64,000 nucleotides of DNA from Hydrolagus affinis (lineage: Eukaryota): NCBI GenBank assembly GCA_012026655.1, contig JAAILG010001511.1:1-64000 (forward strand), written 5' to 3'. How positions within the stretch are numbered: the stretch's first letter is position 1; each line of letters opens with the position of its first letter. The notes under the pieces are model-generated. The model did no database searches. It was not told where the DNA came from and saw only the letters and a program-made list of their open reading frames with translations. Below are positions 51,977 through 64,000 of the stretch, piece by piece. Position numbers and translations under genes: made by a program.

Positions 51977-54900
51977 CTGCAGAAAAGGCATTTTACATTT
52001 AATTCAAACGACAACAAAATAAACTTTGCACCGGAGCTGGGGGTTGGGATCAGGAGGGGTGGAAGGCAGGGAGGCGGGTGACCAAAAGGCGCGGTTGACG
52101 AGAGGGTCTTGAGACTGGCCTTGAAGAAGGCAAGGGAGGGAGTGAAGGAACTGTGGAATAGAGTTCCAAAAGGTTGGCTCTTCTGCCGATGATGGTTTGA
52201 TGGTTTGAATGATGTTATATTAGGAATTGCGAAACATTACAACAAGAACACACTGTTGGGGTGACTCTTTCTCAAACCCGACGTACCCAATCTGGCAGTG
52301 CTGGCTGCTTCGCCCAACCACAACCCCCCCACCCCGCCCCAACTTAAAACATACAATCGACTCATACCGTACTGGATCTCTTCAAATACTTTGAAAGAAA
52401 CGCTAACCCATTTCAACAGCTTCTTCCTCTCGGCTTTCCCAGGTTCTCTGCTCTCCGAGCAAAACAGCGGGAAGATAACTGAAAGTCTGGCAGTGAAGCT
52501 TAATGTCATTTCAAACCCACCAGTTTGCCTTCGTCCCCACATTTTATTGAATGGATCCAGAATTCCCACCACCATTAAAGACAATTAAAGGGCATTCGGC
52601 CCGCAGGAACAGTTAAAAGGCCACAGAATTCTTCAAGTTGCTCGGTACCCACAAACTCTTATTTCTGATACCAGGGGTGTGTGACACGCTCAGATTCAAC
52701 GAGCTGCTACAAACAGATGTGTGGGGGGGGAAAAAATGTGCGTTTACGGAAACTAGAAATTATAGTTTGTCTTGGGCTATTAATAACAAATTGTTTTTTG
52801 GAAACAAAAATGATTCATCCAAACAAAACACTCAAAGAGGTTCTCTAAAAACATCCATTACGTATCAGCAACTCATCAAACTTGAACACTCTTTCATGTG
52901 GTTTCATTTCAATCGGACTGGGACAAAGTTCCAGAAATTAGCTTATCCCAGACAGGTTTCACTTTGAAGTTTCATTCGAAGCCCCAACTTCATGTCTCCA
53001 CCCACTGTTACTTCCCTCTGGCACCTACAAAGGGCTCCGTGTCCACAACGATGCAGACCGTAAAGTAAGACGCAACGCTTTGAGGCTTTCGTATTGCATA
53101 CAACCTCAAAGCCAAAAATACAGAGTATGTTATGCCCTCATTTCAATGCCACCATCTGTCTTTATTTATTGTAATAGAACATACAGTACTCTGCACCCTG
53201 TGCCATTTCAGTACCATGTTGAACAGTTACCTTTTCTTCCATTCCTAGTTCTTGACGCTATTCATTCTTGAGTTAATAATAATCCTGGCATTTTGATAGA
53301 GCACCTTATCACGTTGCTCCAATGTCTCAAAGCGCTTCACTGTATATTCTGCGGATGAATTGCGGCATCCAATCGCGCACAGCAATTGATAAAATGTTTG
53401 TTTCAAAAGGAGTGACTCACTTTATCACCTTTTGAAAAATTTCCAGAGACCTACACATCATTGTTTCCTCCTGACATTCATCAAGGTGAGCAATAAACCG
53501 CAGGAACCCGGTTTGTTATTTGGAAACTTTTCCCACCAAAAATCTTAAGCATCTCACAACATTCTCACAGCCACTCCACCTACAATTTTGGCTTAATGCG
53601 TCATAAAATGGGTAAAAAATACCATCTCTCCTACATCATGACCCAACTCGCTGCTTGCAAAGATCTCTCAATAGCTACAACAGTCAACAAAAGCCCAGGA
53701 CGGTTACTCTGTACTGTTGTAAAACACCTGATTTTCCCAAACTGGTTGACTTGGCACACTTGTCAGAATTGAGTTCAAGCTCTTTGTTGAGAATTAGACT
53801 CATCGAGGCTGACACTCCAGTCCTGTACTGGGGGAGCCTCTCAATCCCGACTCCCTCCGGAGGAAATTTAAAGCGATCCAAAGAAAAGAAATTTTGTCCT
53901 GAAGTCCTGACCAACAATTCTTCATTCAAATTAATGGAGCCTTTCAACTAACTATTGCAATAGTGTCATCTGAAAGTAATCTCTCCACTACTGAAACCAC
54001 CACCTGTTGCACAGATGTACTGTATTATCCATTCTGCCAGAAGTAAACATATTGGTGCCCTTCCTTGTCTCGAGGCATAATATACTTGAGATTATTTTAG
54101 CTCATGCGAAAATACTGTAGTGCAGAAGCTCAGAAACCAATTGCAAATGTAATATTACTGGGTAACGAGGGGGAAACTTCTTCTAAAAAGTGTAGTGAAA
54201 TGTTCAGACAAGTACAATTCTTCAGAAATAAAAGCACATGTCCTTCCAGTGCTGTCATTCCATACAAGGGATGAAAACCGCCTTGTGAATTATTGCCACC
54301 ACCTCCTCGTCAACCCGACACTGAGAGATGCCATTACCCTAGAATGTAGCCAGACATTTATTTGTTGTCAAATCGCACCATTCTAAACACCAGCGTTTCA
54401 CAGGCCGTTTCCACTGAACGAGAGTACGGTTTACCACTGATTTCGGTGATGTTTTGTACCGGGAACTACAGAACATGGAGGTTACGATGACATTTGACTC
54501 TGGCCAACCATCACTTTTAAGGCTTCACACTGACGCTTCAGGTCAGTGATAATAAAATTTAGATGTTTCGAAACGTATGGTACGAAGAAACATCAGTTAT
54601 CGCTGGAGTAAGCCTGTCGTACAAGCTGGAAATTGTCCAACAACACAACAAAATAACAACAGCAATAAAGCTGTGGGAAGCTTTACAACTACTGCCAGCC
54701 ATGGCTATCAAGCAACTTAACATGGCTGAGCAAAATTAACTCTGCCGTTGCCATGGATGGACTATCCATTTGCATACAATTGGGCTACGGACACCGTAGG
54801 TAAGAAAACATTAACCTACATTTGATACAGTGCTTCAACCGTTACAGGTTGTCCATTGCACTGACTGTGAGTATTTATAGGCAAATGCTGCCGTTCAAAT

Positions 54901-55914
54901 TGCAAACAGTAAACGTGCCACAAAGAACCAAATAGAATTTGCCAAATTGTTGAACTCAGTCTTAAAACTTTGAAGCCGTTTTTCTGTATTCATTAAAAAA
55001 AATTCACAGAAAACTGGCTTCCAAATTAAAGCTGTGTTCAGGAACTTGCCAAATTCCGGACATTCTGAAATGCCACCTGGAGAGAGGAAATTTAAACCTA
55101 GGTGGGATTTTCCCCCCAATTGATCCACAAAACATTAATGCAAAATACCACATCATTCAGCGTTTTACTCTGAAATGTGCAGCGTTAGAAACTTATTTCT
55201 GATAATATAAGAAAGCCAAACCGCTAAATTCTTAACGCAAATATTTTGGAAAGAAACTGCGTAGGAAATAAGTTGATTTAATTAATGGCATTTCACTTCC
55301 GATCCAATCAGTTCTTATCCATGGGATTTCCTCCTATCCTACAGAGAAACAATCATCTTCAGAAACTATTCAATGATTTCCAAACTTGTTAAAAGTTTAG
55401 AGGTATTCTGCGCAGAATAGGTCCAATACAAATGGAATTTAATATGCTGTTGGCTACAGCACACAGGAATTGAGCTTCAAAGGCATTGTCACAAGATTAC
55501 CACCAAGCTTTGGCGTTATGTGTGTTTTGGCTAAATATTCAGCACTTCCAGGTCAGGTATAGCAGAAGACTGATAATATATGAAGTTTCCACTGCGTTTC
55601 CCAAGCTTTTAACTTTAGGAGACTATTTACTCCTTGGCAATTTCATTTCTCGCATTAGCCACCTTATGACTTCCTCCCGAATAAAGTTGCCTATTTAGTG
55701 CCAATTAGCACTGTATTATGGCTATATCTATATATGCGCTGGCAAAAGGTAGAAAAATAGTCAAACTCACTTAAAATACTTTTACTCTGTATTTCTCCAA
55801 AGAATCCAAACTGAATTTGAACCCATCAGCGAACAGCAAACCAGACAACTCCCAACATCACTGAATCCTCATTACAATCCTCCAAACTCCTCTGTACAAA
55901 GGGTTTTCATGAAA

Positions 55915-56045
55915 AATTGCACACAAATTTCGAAGACTGAGGTAGATAGAGTTTGTTAGGTATAGGTGTCAAGGGATATGGGGCAACGATGGGTAACTGA
56001 TGCTGATATATAGATCAACGATGGCAGTACAGGCTTGAGGAGCTC
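55915..56045 (+). mobile_element. CR1 LINE extreme 3' fragment
   Basis: TTCGAAGACTGAGGTAGATAGA...GTCAAGGGATATGGGG...GATGGCAGTACAGGCTTGAGG resembles fish CR1 3' ends. Confidence 0.65.
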
Positions 56046-57362
56046 CTCACCGGAGTAGTCCGTGGATCACAGCTGTGGCCCACATTAAAACAAGATTACA
56101 AATGTTGTTCAATTCATTCAACACTCCATATATATTACATATATACACATACATACACACTCACACAAAAAGTGTTTGCAAACAGCATGTAAGCTGAAGT
56201 AATGTACCACATGCCTGGCATTTTGCTCCAAAAGAAATAGACACGAAATAAAGTGGACCATCTCTCAGCCCCTTACCATATAAAGTCTTACTTTTACTGC
56301 TTTAAAATTATACCCATCAGCAAAAGAATCTGTAATTTAACATGCAATTAAAACGGTCAGGCACAGCCTGACCCAAAAGCCTAAACTCCGGATATCCCTG
56401 TAGACTCAACGATGATCATTTTGAAGCGCCTGAAATAAAACTATAAAAACATCGAACTGTTGACATCTACAACTGTACATCCTCTGTCAATGGTGATGCT
56501 TGGAACATCTGAAATTTTATGTTACCCGATATTAAAGTTAGTCATAATAAATTAAAGCTCCCACACATTCTTACTGTAGAGAGACTTTTTACAAGCTTAA
56601 TTGATTCTGTTCATGATACAGAATAGTCAGCTTTTGGATGAGACACTATATTAATGTCCTCAGATGGATATTAAGGTTGAGGATAGCAGAGATTCATATA
56701 TTGCCCACCCATTTTCATATTCAGCATTGATCGTCAGACAAAGAGACTAGAAGGCTGGTCTCAACCATGTATCAATGCTGCGCGAAGCTGTCCATAGTCT
56801 TTGTATCGCTGTGCAGAGATCCTGACTTTCTCTCAGTATAAAACCCTGTGGCTGCATGACAGAGAACGATATGCACCATGTGGAGGGTAACAAGCACTCG
56901 CCCACGTCTCGTTAGTCTATAAACACAGTGAGCCAACTCCAGCCAAAAGCATATTGCTTCAAATGGATTGAGTGCCTCATTTAAAAAATGCATTCTTTTC
57001 ATTGAGCAAAAGTCACAATAACTTGTACAGAGCAGAAGGAAGCAAACAATGTTTTAGAGAAACTGGGAGTATTGTAGTTCGCTCAGTTTAATCCAAATTC
57101 GATAGGGATTGAAGGTTAAAAAAGTCTCAATAGTGTAAACTATTGGGTAATGTGTCAAAACAAAGCCACTTTGAAATTGTGAAGTGCACCGCATTCGTTA
57201 TTCATACAGCTCAAATAGCTCCAACTCTCAAATTCACCCAACACCATAAGAAATTAACAAAGCAATACAATTTTAAAAAAGGTGAGTAAATGAGGTTCTG
57301 GATGGGCTGGTAGCCATCTTTTTCACTGAGTTTATTTTCATAGCTCGACCTGAAGAACGTAC

Positions 57363-57477
57363 CGTACTCTCCAGTCCAATCCCCTGCCGTGCGACCGGCA
57401 CCATCTCCAGTTTGCCGTTGTTGGGCACGTTGGCAAATCGCCATTGCTGTGACAAATCCAAAATGTTCCTCTGGAAT
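57363..57477 (-). CDS. ASPSCR1: ASPSCR1 coding exon 3 (end of UBL1)
   Basis: ttgCAG|FQRNILDLSQQWRFANVPNNGKLEMVPVARQGIGLEST|GTACGT; 115 nt; conserved LDLS-WRFAN-PNN-KLEM motif. Confidence 0.96.
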
Positions 57478-58035
57478 CTGCAATGAAACAGGCGGCAGTA
57501 GACTTGCGTGCATGAGCGTGTATATACTGTATACACAAGCATGCATTTTTTTATGAAAACTTTCTGCTCTCCACGGAACAAAAAATAAATGCCAATATGA
57601 GGCCTCACATCGTAACCGTGGAATTAGGCAAGTCTACATATCTGCCGATTTCTTGCACTCACACAGGAACCCGATCTTCTGATAATCAAAATCCGATGGA
57701 GTAAACATTAAAGACGAGAGGAAAATCGACGAACTTGCAAACATAATAAGAGGAACGTTCAGAACGGCAGAATATTTCTGTTAGGCTGATTCACAAAATA
57801 AATCATCATCAGAAGACATCACGAGAAAATGAAATCGACTCCTGGAGAACTGCCAGACAGTACCAGTTCATGCCAATTGGGTGCGTCAATTAAACAACAA
57901 AACAACAAAATTACATTTGTAGAGCGCCTTTCACGTCGGGAGATGTGGCGCGGAAGCTACCTTGGTGCTTGGCCTTTCGAACAGTCAGCATTCTCTTTCG
58001 TGCAAAAATGCTACCACTGGTGTGAAAAGGTTAAC

Positions 58036-58100
58036 GGGGGGGGTGGGGGTGGTGGGGGTGGGAGGGGGGGGTGGGGGTGGTGGGGGTGGGAGGGGGGGGT
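58036..58100 (+). repeat. G-rich 28-bp tandem repeat, G-quadruplex potential
   Basis: GGGGGGGGTGGGGGTGGTGGGGGTGGGA twice plus a partial third copy. Confidence 0.9.
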
Positions 58101-59217
58101 GCTGCCAGTTCAATTCAAAAGGATTTTTCCCCTTTGACTGGAAGCTTTCACTGAGTTTACCACAGATGGACCGATTGAAAGAAAACAGTTTGTTGCCTCT
58201 GCAGATTGCATGTCAAAACTAATCACGTTACATTTACACACAGCCTCCTTTGCCAGGTTTCTCTGTGTAAACACGGCACAGTATTAGCCACACAGATAAC
58301 AGTTAATAATAAACTGTAACTGTGAGAAACCCACTTTGCGCTTTGAAAACATTTGATAAAAACAGTACCTTTCTGTACATTAATGCAATAATATGTTTGT
58401 TACTTGACTATGCTGAGTGTTATTTTGTTAACGTATAGCTTTTACTTTTTTTAAAAAAACGTTTGGGCCAAAAGATTTTTTTTAAAAAGTTTCCATGTAA
58501 TGTTACTGAAAGCACGAATAACTTGATATCACTTTACTGTACACTGGGGACCAGAACAGCTCCAAAATGAGCCAAAAATATGTCAGCACCTTCAAAAAGA
58601 GCAAGTGTGTGAGTTCTACAGTGTGGGCCCCAGAATTTATTATACAAAGCCTGGAAGATGGTTAGATTTATATGAACATGTACATTTATCTTCGGGCTCA
58701 ATGTACAGTATGCTGTACACAGTTTACGCGTAATCTAAAACACAATTTGTCAGTAGATTGTCAAAAGGGCAATAACTTTTAATGGGAGCACTCAATGGTT
58801 CTGGGATGAAATAAGTCATACACAACCACAAAATGAAATCAGAACTGATTCCCAACAGCCTGCCCAGAAAGTTGCATGTTCATCCACTACAATTCTCAGT
58901 CTTATCTTATATTTAGTTCCAATGAAGCATTTCCTCACATGGAAACAAAGCTAAAACAGAAAATTTAAAAGTGGGGACAAGTGGAATATCCTTAGGGAGC
59001 AACAGGATTTACAATGTCCTTCCTGCCATATGCACCTTCTGTAGCATGTGGTGAAACACAACGGGTTCACAACAACATGCAAATCCCGAGCATTGATTTA
59101 ATAAAAAAATTCTCAACTTGTTGCGCCTTTGTGTCTCAATTTCCCAAAGCGCTAATTATGTGAACCAAGCTATATTCTGATTACAGAATTTAAATCAATT
59201 TCTTAAGGTTTACTTAC

Positions 59218-59273
59218 TTGAGAGAATATTCTTCGGGATTGAAACTCTGTTTCCTACACACCTCTTCTAAAAC
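59218..59273 (-). CDS. ASPSCR1: ASPSCR1 coding exon 2
   Basis: ttttTAG|VLEEVCRKQSFNPEEYSL(K)|GTAAGT; 56 nt, phase 0 to 2. Confidence 0.95.
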
Positions 59274-59548
59274 CTAAAAAGAACAAATCAAAAGTAACTG
59301 CAAAGTACTTGGTAACTTACTGGCTAAAGATTTTGCTTCTGCGTATCTTTCCCACAGTGCATTCCACTCCTTGTCAAAAGCATTCCTTCCAACATTTTGC
59401 CATCCTTCACTTTAATCTACCCAGTAAATAATAATCCTTGCATTTTTATATAGTGTTTTTCACGTCTTCTGAACATCTCAAAGCAGATCACGGAATATAC
59501 TGTAAAGTGAATTCCGTGAATTCTCGTCAGGATTTGGGTCATTCACAT

Positions 59549-59845
59549 GTGGAGTCCTGTGGCTCAGTGGTTAGAGCACTCGCCTTACAAGCATGAGACC
59601 CTAGGTTCGATTCCAGGCAGGCACAGGCGAAACCTTGGGAAAGTTTCCTTGCTCCACACACACACACACACACACACAGCTAATACTAATCTCTCAAAAA
59701 AAAATTAATTGGTCATTTCAATCCACGACTGTTTGTGGGACACTGCCGTGCACCTTGTTTCACCCATACTCTGTGAAGCGCTTTGAGACGTCCACAAGAC
59801 GTGAAAAGCGCCATATCAAACGCAAGGTTTATTATTACTATTATT
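59549..59845 (+). mobile_element. tRNA-derived SINE, full length with internal (CA)n
   Basis: Same head, body and tail as the 23341 copy; (CA)n at about 59655-59678. Confidence 0.9.
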
Positions 59846-59897
59846 CTTCGCAAACAACTGATGAGGAAGTCAGGAGTTTATTCAGAATGTGCTTCAA

Positions 59898-59940
59898 GGT
59901 AGGTAGGTAGGTAGGTAAACAGACAGACAGACAGACAGAC
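59898..59940. repeat. Compound (GGTA)n(CAGA)n microsatellite
   Basis: Direct reading. Confidence 0.9.
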
Positions 59941-60021
59941 TGGTGCTCAGTGTACAACACAAACCAGTCCAGCAGACAATACATCATTGTGTTTGACACA
60001 GCGCCAGACATTATTAAATAA

Positions 60022-60121
60022 NNNNNNNNNNNNNNNNNNNNNNNNNNNNNNNNNNNNNNNNNNNNNNNNNNNNNNNNNNNNNNNNNNNNNNNNNNNNNNN
60101 NNNNNNNNNNNNNNNNNNNNN
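60022..60121. other. Assembly gap (100 N)
   Basis: Run of exactly 100 N at the edge of the CpG island. Confidence 1.
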
Positions 60122-60620
60122 CCGGGCCAGGCGGGTTTCGTCCCCAGGTTGGCGGCTGAGAGAAAGGAGGGGGGGGGGAGGGGCTGGTGTTCCTCACCTG
60201 CAGCAGCGAGGTGCTGCCTGTCACCTTTACCGTCTGCCTGCGCCCATTCGGCGCCAACACCGAGACCGACACGGCCGCCGCCATCGCTGTCGCCGCCCGC
60301 GCAGCCGCAGTTTACATCCTCCGCCCACCCCCAGACCCACCTGACCTGGCAAGCGAGTACGCAGGCGCCAGCCCGCCAGGGAGAGACACGCGCCGACCAC
60401 GGCCGCTCGGCCAATCACAGCGAGTCCCAGCGACAGCCAATCACAGCGAGTCCCGACACCAGCCAATCACAGCGCACCCCCGCCCCAGCCAATCACAGCA
60501 AGCCGCTGCACTAGTCAATCACAGCAATTCTCTGAATCCACCAATCGCAGCCCACCTCAAATCTTAAATCCACTAAATCTCTGCTGAACCAATCACAGTA
60601 GAGCCGCTCACTAATCAATA
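60122..60620 (-). promoter_or_regulatory. ASPSCR1 CpG-island promoter with GC boxes and CCAAT-box array
   Basis: GC/CpG-rich around exon 1; CCGCCC near 60321 and 60480; CCAATC cores at 60411, 60437, 60463, 60489, 60541, 60589 and variant TCAATC at 60515; no TATA box seen. Confidence 0.85.
60198..60284 (-). CDS. ASPSCR1: ASPSCR1/TUG coding exon 1 (start of UBL1)
   Basis: ATG at 60284, MAAAVSVSVLAPNGRRQTVKVTGSTSLLQ matches the TUG N-terminus (VSVLAPNGRR); donor CAG|GTGAGG; 87 nt; lies in a CpG island. Confidence 0.97.
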
Positions 60621-62821
60621 GCGTTGACTATCAGAACAGAGCCAGCCCACTGTGGTCTGGGTCCTGAGTTTGATGGCAGCAGAGGAGGCTGGTTCTTTGG
60701 CAGGACTGGGGGAGGCAGCCCAGTCGTGGGGGAGGGAGTACATCCTACTCAGCTTGTGTTGATCGTGCGAGCCAAAGCCTTAACGGGTAGAGGTGGTCTG
60801 AACTGGACAAGCAGCGGTAAAGCTTGTTAGACATGGCTTTCATTGGCTGCTTGTGTGGTTGTAGCTGGTTAGACTCCTATTGCAGGTTGGTAGGAGCCAT
60901 GCCCTGGGGATTGCACACTGTGATGTCGCCCCGTCCTTGGCTCCTGCCAACCTCTGCCTAATATTTTCCTGAATTAGATTAGCAGGTTACGGTTTCTCCA
61001 GGCAGAGTGTGCATTTCATCTCAACAATCTACGTCTTTAGAATTTCCATGTGTCGGTGGGATGCATGGAATTCTCAGTTTGGTTTGGATTCTCTTAACTT
61101 GGTTGACCAAATACATATAGAGCTGAACCTGACAGACAATCAAATCAGAACAGTGTAGGCAATCCACTTTTGTTAACAGTTACAGCAAGTGACCTGGATA
61201 ACAGGATAAGTGATGCTAACCCAATGGGTACCCATTGATTGCAATTTACAAAAATAATGATATTCCTCAGATAATACAATATTACCTTGGTGTTGCATAG
61301 TTGTCATGCATCTGTGATTTGCACCAAGAACATTCCTTCAATTCCCTGTTTGCCCGGCAATTAACATCTTAGCACTTAACTCCGTTCATAAATAATTAAA
61401 CATTCAACTCTGCCGATTTAAATTCAAACTCACCTAACACTGCATGAAATGTGTGACCCTGATAATGGTGAACATTGTTTGCTGAGGATTCAGGAATGGG
61501 TGGGGGCCCAGGAGTAAAGGGATTACTGAGGGCTTTGGTTTCTGTTGTCTTTAAAAGAACACAGAAAAATAAATCTGAACTGAAATGTGTACTACACCCA
61601 CAAAGTAACATAACTTAGCAAACAGATCTGAAGTGAGAGACGTGGTAAACACCTTTGGATGTCCTTCCGACATGAAAGGCGCTATACAAATGTAATTTTG
61701 GTGTTGTTGTAGACAGATTACAAACCCTTGTGTTTTGGCTTAATGTCTGAGCAAATCCCAACTATCAGATTTCTGCAATGAGTATGCATTGGTACAAAAA
61801 ATTGAGCACGTTAATGTATCGCATACAATGTGCAATTGCTGTACTGCCAAGTGCGGTGATGGTCTCGTTAGGCAAATGCTGCTGCAATTTTGTGGATGGC
61901 AACAGTAAAATCCCACAAAGGATCGTGAGAATATTTCATCTGGAGAATTGTTGGCCGGGGTGCCGGGAGAAACTCCCTTCACTTTTCCCAACACTGCTGT
62001 GGAGATCTTCTAAGATCCACCACCTGAACAGGGCAACCTTGATCTCAGCTTGCAACCCGTGAGACAGGTGAAACAATACACTGAGGTTTAAGTCCTTGTC
62101 CGCTGCGATGTAACAGTATTAACGCTATTCTGTTGGCCTCTCCACTACGGGAGTGGGAGCTGCACCTGTTTCTGATGATGAGCCCGTCTGTATCTAATGA
62201 CTGCATCTCTTGCACAGACTGCCCATTCGCTTTGATGTAACCTGATCCGGACATTTCCATATTACGGGATTTGAGGATTATAAACCACATTTAAGGCATG
62301 TGCAAATCAAAAATAACTGGAAAAAGAGGTCGCTGGAAGGAGAAAGGTTGCATTTCAAGCGCATGTACAGCAATAAACAGATTGAAACCACAACAAAAGA
62401 TGGACCGACGAGGCTGAACAAAGGCAACCCTTTGCCATCACAACCACACTCTGGCTTTCTTATATTGAATAAACGGCAACGTGGAAAAACAAACAGTGAC
62501 ACAGCTCCCAAATAAATGGGAGGCAACTGAACTTCCAATTTCCTGCAAAAACAAGGGTATATTACTAATGGAAGTTTGCAGTTATATAAATCCTCTTTGA
62601 TTTATATTTTGGCTCGTCCAAATCCTTTTGTCTTCCGTCTAATAAATTTGGAGGTCAGGTTTGGTAACTGCGTCAAGCCTTTTGTCTAGGGACTGATAAT
62701 TCCGCCTTTGGGCTGGAACATTGTAATATTCTCAAATAACTTTGAGAAATAAGGCTGTGGATCCCTTTAATAAAACACCTGAATTGTATTCCTGTTAACA
62801 GCATGTTACACCCACCACACA

Positions 62822-63160
62822 AGCGAAAGGACCCGGGTTTGATTCCCGTCTGATGTGAAAACTTAGGCAAGTTTCCTTAGTCCACGTGCCTCTGTTTAAT
62901 TAGCGTTAACGAGGAAGCCGTTTGTTATTCGATTGACAGCTTGTTTACCGTGAGCAATAATCCACTCCAAAAATAAAAAATTCTGAATTTGGACACTCAA
63001 TCCACGGCTGTTTGTGGGGCACTGCTGTGCGCAATCGGCCGCTGGGTGTTTCCTACAAAAATATTCAGTCATTTCACTTTACAGTAAATTCTGTTAAGCA
63101 CTTTGAGGCAGATCAGCAATGTGATAAGGCACTATATCAAATGCAAGGATTATTATTCTT
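62822..63160 (+). mobile_element. Older, longer SINE subfamily copy
   Basis: B-box remnant GTTTGATTCC, GGCAAGTTTCCTTA..GCCTCTGTTTA segment, standard body and tail. Confidence 0.72.
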
Positions 63161-63344
63161 ATTCTTATCCAAAGTGGCATTTCTTCTCAGTGTTTTTCTT
63201 GCTGTGAAAATAACACAGAATGGCACAAAGCAATAAATAATAATAAAATCGGTCTCGTCAACCCACCACTGTTTGTGGGGATGCAGCTGTGCACAATTGG
63301 CTGCCGCATTTCACCCATGAATTTACAGGCAATTCACTTTACAA

Positions 63345-63522
63345 CAGTGGTTTCCAAACTGTGGGGCGAGCCACAGTCAGTGGACTCTACCCCAGCCCGA
63401 GCGGAGCCGAGGACCCGAGTGTGTGGAGCTGAGTCTGAAGGAGATGAGGAGCAATGAAAACGTTGCTGAGTTAGTGGAGTGCGGCGGGGGACGCGCCGCT
63501 ATTTACAGTTTGGAAGCCACTG
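63345..63522. mobile_element. Non-autonomous hAT (Charlie-like) MITE inserted in a SINE (host about 63235-63610)
   Basis: 18-bp TIRs CAGTGGTTTCCAAACTGT / ACAGTTTGGAAGCCACTG (17/18 match); flanks CTTTACAA and CTTTTACAG duplicate the SINE site CTTTACAG. Confidence 0.85.
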
Positions 63523-64000
63523 CTTTTACAGTATATTCCGTGAAGCGCGTGAGACATCTAGAAGTCATGAAAAGTGCCATATCAAATGCAAGGATTATCA
63601 TTGTTATTATACAAAGCATCGAGACAAACTCTGAACTGAGATAACAACAGAGTCCGGAGCTTCAAAAGACTGCAACGCAGGCTTTCAAAATCACACCAGG
63701 CCCTCAAATACCTGAGATGCTCTCGAATGCTGTCATCTCCAGGACACATTGTCCGCCTCTATAAGAATGTGTCACGCTCTCATTCATTCCATGTTGTTCC
63801 CATCTGTGAACGGTTTAGCTGGGATACTTAGGGACGGATTCCTTTGTGTGATGAAACAGAAGCAGGGCTGGAGGAGACTAATAAATGAGTGTCAGTGTCC
63901 AGCACCCGGGCCTGCCACATATCAAAAGCCATTTGAACATCTGTTTGAAGTTTCCAATTAATGACATCCCAAGCACTCGGGATTCCTTTCCAAACTTTCT

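Noticed and set aside
17148-60197. Intronic snoRNA or miRNA genes
   Set aside because: No C/D box pair with a terminal stem or recognisable miRNA hairpin seen by eye; an Infernal/Rfam scan would be needed to exclude them.
60407-60550. CRISPR-like repeat-spacer pattern
   Set aside because: Repeat about 14 bp and spacers about 12 bp are too short, the spacers are related to each other, there are no cas genes, the context is vertebrate, and the repeat is the NF-Y consensus.
59841-60567. Long overlapping ORFs around exon 1 (147-175 aa)
   Set aside because: Artefacts of high GC content and read-through across the N gap; only 60198-60284 is coding.
60620-64000. Divergent neighbouring gene (NOTUM expected from human synteny)
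   Set aside because: No recognisable coding exon in this interval; any neighbour lies outside the window.

Overview
Vertebrate genomic DNA. The repeat content (tRNA-headed SINE with an L2-type tail, Deu-domain SINE relics, L2/CR1 fragments) suggests a cartilaginous fish, probably a holocephalan such as Callorhinchus; this is inference. One protein-coding gene occupies most of the window: ASPSCR1 (TUG/ASPL/UBXD9) on the minus strand. I traced 12 coding exons with GT-AG boundaries and consistent phases from the ATG at 60284 down to 17095 (1515 nt, 505 codons: UBL1, UBL2, SHP box, helical lariat, most of the UBX domain). I could not find the remaining 3' exons in 1-17094, so the gene probably continues past the left edge. 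The promoter is a CpG island followed by six CCAAT-type boxes at exact 26-bp spacing. Introns hold many SINE copies, LINE relics, microsatellites, two 100-N gaps and several repeat-free motif-dense blocks, including TCF/LEF site clusters. Almost all other ORFs in the track look spurious. I see no convincing new multi-gene system. The best leads are the phased CCAAT array, Wnt/TCF enhancer-like clusters (possibly serving NOTUM, the human neighbour), a 342-codon antisense ORF over one cluster, loss of the TUGUL diglycine, and a hAT MITE nested in a SINE.
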